From positions 35,898 through 99,897 of the forward strand of contig CAWDGJ010000009.1 of NCBI GenBank assembly GCA_963801815.1: a DNA stretch of 64,000 nucleotides, written 5' to 3'. This stretch comes from an uncultured Verrucomicrobiae bacterium. Lineage in GTDB: Bacteria; Verrucomicrobiota; Verrucomicrobiia; Chthoniobacterales; UBA10450. Positions 60,488 to 64,000 of this stretch are shown in pieces. Under the pieces are notes generated by a model. That model did no database searches. It was not told the origin of the DNA and saw only the letters and a list, made by a program, of their open reading frames with translations. The translations under genes and the position numbers were made by a program. Each line of letters opens with the position of its first letter. Position 1 is the stretch's first letter.

Positions 60488-61474
60488 ATGGAACATCCTC
60501 CCGTAGTTCATACTTTTGAGATGCCGCACGTGCCGCGCATTCCGGTGCGGACGATCGCCGGCATTTTCGCGTTTGTTCTTCTGATCGTTCTGGTATGGAC
60601 CTCTTATTATACAGTGCAGGCCGAATCGGAAGGAGTCGTCCTTCGTTTTGGCCGGTTCTTGAAAACGGTCGAACCCGGTCTGCATTTCAAACTTCCCTTT
60701 GGCATCGACCAGGTCGAAGTCCTGCCAACCCGGCGACAATTGAAACTTGAATTCGGCTTCTTCACTCCTGGTTATACAAATGCCGACCAGCCGCCACAAG
60801 AAAGCGATAATGAAAGATCGATGGTCACCGGAGACCTCAACGCTGCGCTCGTCGAGTGGGTCGTGCAATATCGCATCGACGATCCCAAGCAGTATCTTTT
60901 CGATGTGCGCAATCCCGGCCAGACCTTGCGCGATTTATCGGAAGCGGCCATGCGCGAAGTGATCGGTGACCGTACCGTGGATGAAGTCATCACTATCGGA
61001 CGGCAAGACATCGAGGTCGCCGCATTGGCCCGGATGCAGGAATTGGCCAAACGTTACGCGCTCGGCGTTCGGGTCGATCAAGTGCAGCTCAAGAACGTCA
61101 ATCCGCCGGCGGAAGTCCAGGCCTCCTTCAACGAAGTAAACAAGGCGCAACAGGACCGCGAAAACGCCATCAACGTCGCGAACGGTGATTACAATCAAGC
61201 GGTACCCAGAGCGCGCGGCGAAGCCGACCAGTCGATTCGCGCCGCTGAAGGCTATCGATTCAAGCGCGTGAATGAAGCGGAGGGCGACGTCGCTTCGTTC
61301 AACGCCATGCTCGGCCAATACGTGAAAGCACCGGAGATCACGCGCACTCGGCTTTATCTCGAGACAATGGGTGATGTGCTTCCTGCTTCCGGCGAGAAAA
61401 TTATCATCGACGATTCGATGCGAAATCTGTTGCCGATCCTGCCGCTCACCAAAAATCCGTTGGAGAAGAAATGA
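60488..61474 (+). CDS. hflK: FtsH modulator HflK
   Basis: GVVLRFG, MVTGD.N, QLKNVNPP, ARGEA, RLYLET. Confidence 0.92.
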   Translation: MEHPPVVHTFEMPHVPRIPVRTIAGIFAFVLLIVLVWTSYYTVQAESEGVVLRFGRFLKTVEPGLHFKLPFGIDQVEVLPTRRQLKLEFGFFTPGYTNADQPPQESDNERSMVTGDLNAALVEWVVQYRIDDPKQYLFDVRNPGQTLRDLSEAAMREVIGDRTVDEVITIGRQDIEVAALARMQELAKRYALGVRVDQVQLKNVNPPAEVQASFNEVNKAQQDRENAINVANGDYNQAVPRARGEADQSIRAAEGYRFKRVNEAEGDVASFNAMLGQYVKAPEITRTRLYLETMGDVLPASGEKIIIDDSMRNLLPILPLTKNPLEKK

Positions 61475-62466
61475 ACACGCGCGGCTGTCTCATACTTTTT
61501 TCCATCGTGCTGGCGTTTGTTGTCCTGCGCATCATCGCCGGATGCTTCTTCGCCGTTCATCAGACCGAACAGGTCATCATTACGCAATTCGGCAAGCCGG
61601 AGGGCGAACCGATTACTGAGCCCGGCTTGCATTTCAAGCTGCCCATCATCCAGGAGGTCAACCGGATCGATAAACGATTTCTCGAATGGGACGGCCAGCC
61701 CGTGGCCATCCCCACCCGGGACAAGACTTACATTCACGTCGATACCTTTGCCCGATGGCGAATCAGCGATGCCAAGACCTTTTTCGTGCGGCTGCGTGAC
61801 GAACGCAGCGCTCAATCGCGCCTGGAAGACATTCTCGGCAGCGAGACTCGCAACGCCGTGGCCAAGAACGATCTGATCGAAATCATTCGCACCGACAAGG
61901 ATCGCAAACCGTTACGGGACGAAAATCTGAAAAGTGTCCAGACCGGCTTGGGAACAATCGGCGTGCTTCCACCCATTTACTTCGGGCGCCAGAAAATCGA
62001 GGACGAGATCAAAGCGAAGGCGACGGGGAAATTGGCCGAGTTCGGCATTGATCTGCTCGATGTCCGGCTCAAACGCGTCAATTACAATCCGGACGTGCTC
62101 GATCGCATTTACCAGCGAATGATCAGCGAACGCCAGCAGATCGCATCCCGGTTTCGTTCCGAAGGCGAAGGCGAAGCCGCGCGCATCGCCGGGCAAAAAG
62201 AACGCGACCTGAATGAGATTCAATCCACCGCCTACCGGCAGGTGCAGCAGATCCGCGGCGAAGCCGACGCTAAAGCGACCGAGATTTATGCCAGGGCTTA
62301 CACCCAGAATCCGCAAGCCGCCGAGTTCTACAATTTTCTCAAGAGCATGGAGACCTATCGCAAAGTACTTAATAAAGACGCTACGCTCGTCTTTTCCACC
62401 GACAGCGACCTCTTCGGCCTGCTAAAGCATGCGGCCGCAAAACCGCAGGCTTCTCCGGCGCGTTAG
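61471..62466 (+). CDS. hflC: FtsH modulator HflC
   Basis: PGLHFKLP, DVRLKR, RMISER, RGEADA, FY.F.KSM..Y. Confidence 0.92.
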   Translation: MNTRGCLILFSIVLAFVVLRIIAGCFFAVHQTEQVIITQFGKPEGEPITEPGLHFKLPIIQEVNRIDKRFLEWDGQPVAIPTRDKTYIHVDTFARWRISDAKTFFVRLRDERSAQSRLEDILGSETRNAVAKNDLIEIIRTDKDRKPLRDENLKSVQTGLGTIGVLPPIYFGRQKIEDEIKAKATGKLAEFGIDLLDVRLKRVNYNPDVLDRIYQRMISERQQIASRFRSEGEGEAARIAGQKERDLNEIQSTAYRQVQQIRGEADAKATEIYARAYTQNPQAAEFYNFLKSMETYRKVLNKDATLVFSTDSDLFGLLKHAAAKPQASPAR

Positions 62467-62638
62467 CTGCCGCTTCACGCATGAGAATCCTTTTTTAATC
62501 AGCATAGTTTGCAAGCTGACCAAAGTACTCCGTGCAGTCTTCGGCTGTGCCATCGGCGGCAAGAAAAACGAAGCACTTTTCACTGACGTGGAAACCAAAA
62601 TGGTTCTTTACAGTGATCTGACGTCCGGAGAGGCAATG

Positions 62639-62771
62639 GTTGTAGCGGTGCTTGTTCTCGAGCACCGAATATGAATAGGCAGGCGCCTGGCACAAGCGCG
62701 CCGCTTTGCGGCAATTCAATATCCAGGGAACACTCTCAGCGAACTAGCGGGAGCGTAAGCGCCTCTACAAC
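62639..62771. mobile_element. family A REP doublet carrying a 63 bp insertion (62698-62760) in the second REP
   Basis: reverse complement reads gtagaggcgctt[acgctcccgctagt...ttgccgcaaagcggcgcgctt]gtgccaggcgcc. Confidence 0.7.
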
Positions 62772-62888
62772 ATCGTAGTATGAACAGCAGCAGCAGTGGC
62801 CAGAATGACAATTGATAGGCGAATCCCGACAGGACATTAGCCTCGACCGTTACGCGAATTCAGCTTATTATCTAGTCGGCTTCCCTCG

Positions 62889-63469
62889 ATGAGCACGGAC
62901 GACGAATTGAGTTCCGATTCTCTTTTCCAAAGCGCGTTTGAGTTTGCAGCGATCGGGATGGCGTTAGTTTCCCCCGAAGGCAAGTGGCTGCGGGTCAACC
63001 GTTCCGTTTGCAATATTACCGGCTACAATGAAACGGAAATGCTCGCGCGGACATTCCAGGACATTACCCATCCGGATGATCTTGAATCGGATCTGGAGAA
63101 TGTTCGCCGGATGCTGGCCGGGGAAATCGATACCTATCAAATGGAGAAGCGCTATTTCCATAGGAGCGGCTCGATCGTCTGGGTCCTGCTGAGTGTCTCA
63201 CTGGTGCGAACGAAGTCAGGCGAGCCGCTCTTTTTTATCAGTCAAATCCAGGACATTACACGGCAAAAAACAGGCGAGGAAGAACTGGCGAAGGCCGCAG
63301 CCGAGATCAAGCGATTACAGAAACCACAACTGAAGATCTGTACTGGACTGAACGTATTCAGGTAGACGGCAAATGGATTCCGGTCGACGAGTTTTTGACG
63401 CGGATCTTGCATCTAAAACTTACGCCGGGTACATCGATCCAAGTCGGCCGGATGCCCGAAGACGAGTGA
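62889..63469 (+). CDS. PAS/PAC domain protein (probable frameshift near 63340)
   Basis: AAIGMALV, VN...C...GY, ITHPDD, EKRY, SQIQDIT; continues in another frame as RIQVDGKWIPVDEFL...*. Confidence 0.7.
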
Positions 63470-63586
63470 CAGGTGGCGGGCCTTTAGCGATTTAGCGATT
63501 TAGCGATTCAGCGAATTAACCATTGTAAGTCTGTGGCGGCAGCCGTCCTCGGCTGCACCATTACGTCGTGCGTTTGAGACGGCGAC

Positions 63587-64000
63587 CTACGCTTTACGAG
63601 TCGCCGGTCGCGAAGTCGCCGTCTTTTTGCTCGAACGCTTCGCGTGCAAATGCGCGCCGGAATCAGACCCGTAGGAAAAATATCGATAAACGATCGTCGC
63701 TTCGGTTGTAGCTTCGCGCGCGGTTAACAGTTTGAGCGCGTTGTTGTCCGCTTCGATTTGCGATTTGCCGCGACCGACCGCAGTTACATCTTTGTTTCGT
63801 TCAATTGCTTTGCCTTGCGCGACCGCCACGTATCCCGTGCGATCCGACTGACCAATGATTTCAGTCCTAGCCAGGTATTCGGTCGCGCGAGACCAAAGAT
63901 CGCGCACCGCAAACTCGCAGGCTTTCCCTGAATCGTGGTAATGAGGGCCGCCCAGTGGTGCTCGAGGAGCGATTGTAAGTCACCGCGGTCACGATGCGTT
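63587..64000 (-). CDS. hypothetical protein, probably 5'-truncated by the window edge
   Basis: open frame ending ...YRYFSYGSDSG...KA*. Confidence 0.4.

Overview
Chromosomal window from a soil Verrucomicrobiota genome. The 16S V4 region looks like Chthoniobacterales / Ca. Udaeobacter (recognised from memory, not searched). Most of the window is housekeeping or accessory CDSs, interspersed with many families of short palindromic (REP/MITE-like) repeats. Main points: (1) A Phe/Tyr catabolic cluster (hppD, hmgA, long aromatic amino acid hydroxylase) carries what looks like a complete de novo tetrahydrobiopterin pathway: folE, an unusual three-domain PTPS with catalytic residues split between domains, and a sepiapterin-reductase-like SDR. 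(2) The rRNA locus is dismembered: a self-terminating 16S gene, then protein genes, then tRNA-Ala and tRNA-Ile, with no 23S. (3) A ~5 kb island of secreted proteins (Sel1-trypsin protease plus three paralogues sharing a Cys/Trp domain I do not recognise) is bracketed by an intact and a decayed copy of a SnoaL gene 3' end. (4) REP-like palindromes sit in-frame inside proteins and are themselves targeted at a fixed position by a ~62 bp mini-element. Patchy frameshifts in pfkA, argG, the M13 peptidase and others are probably long-read assembly errors. All family names come from motif recognition only; no searches were run.
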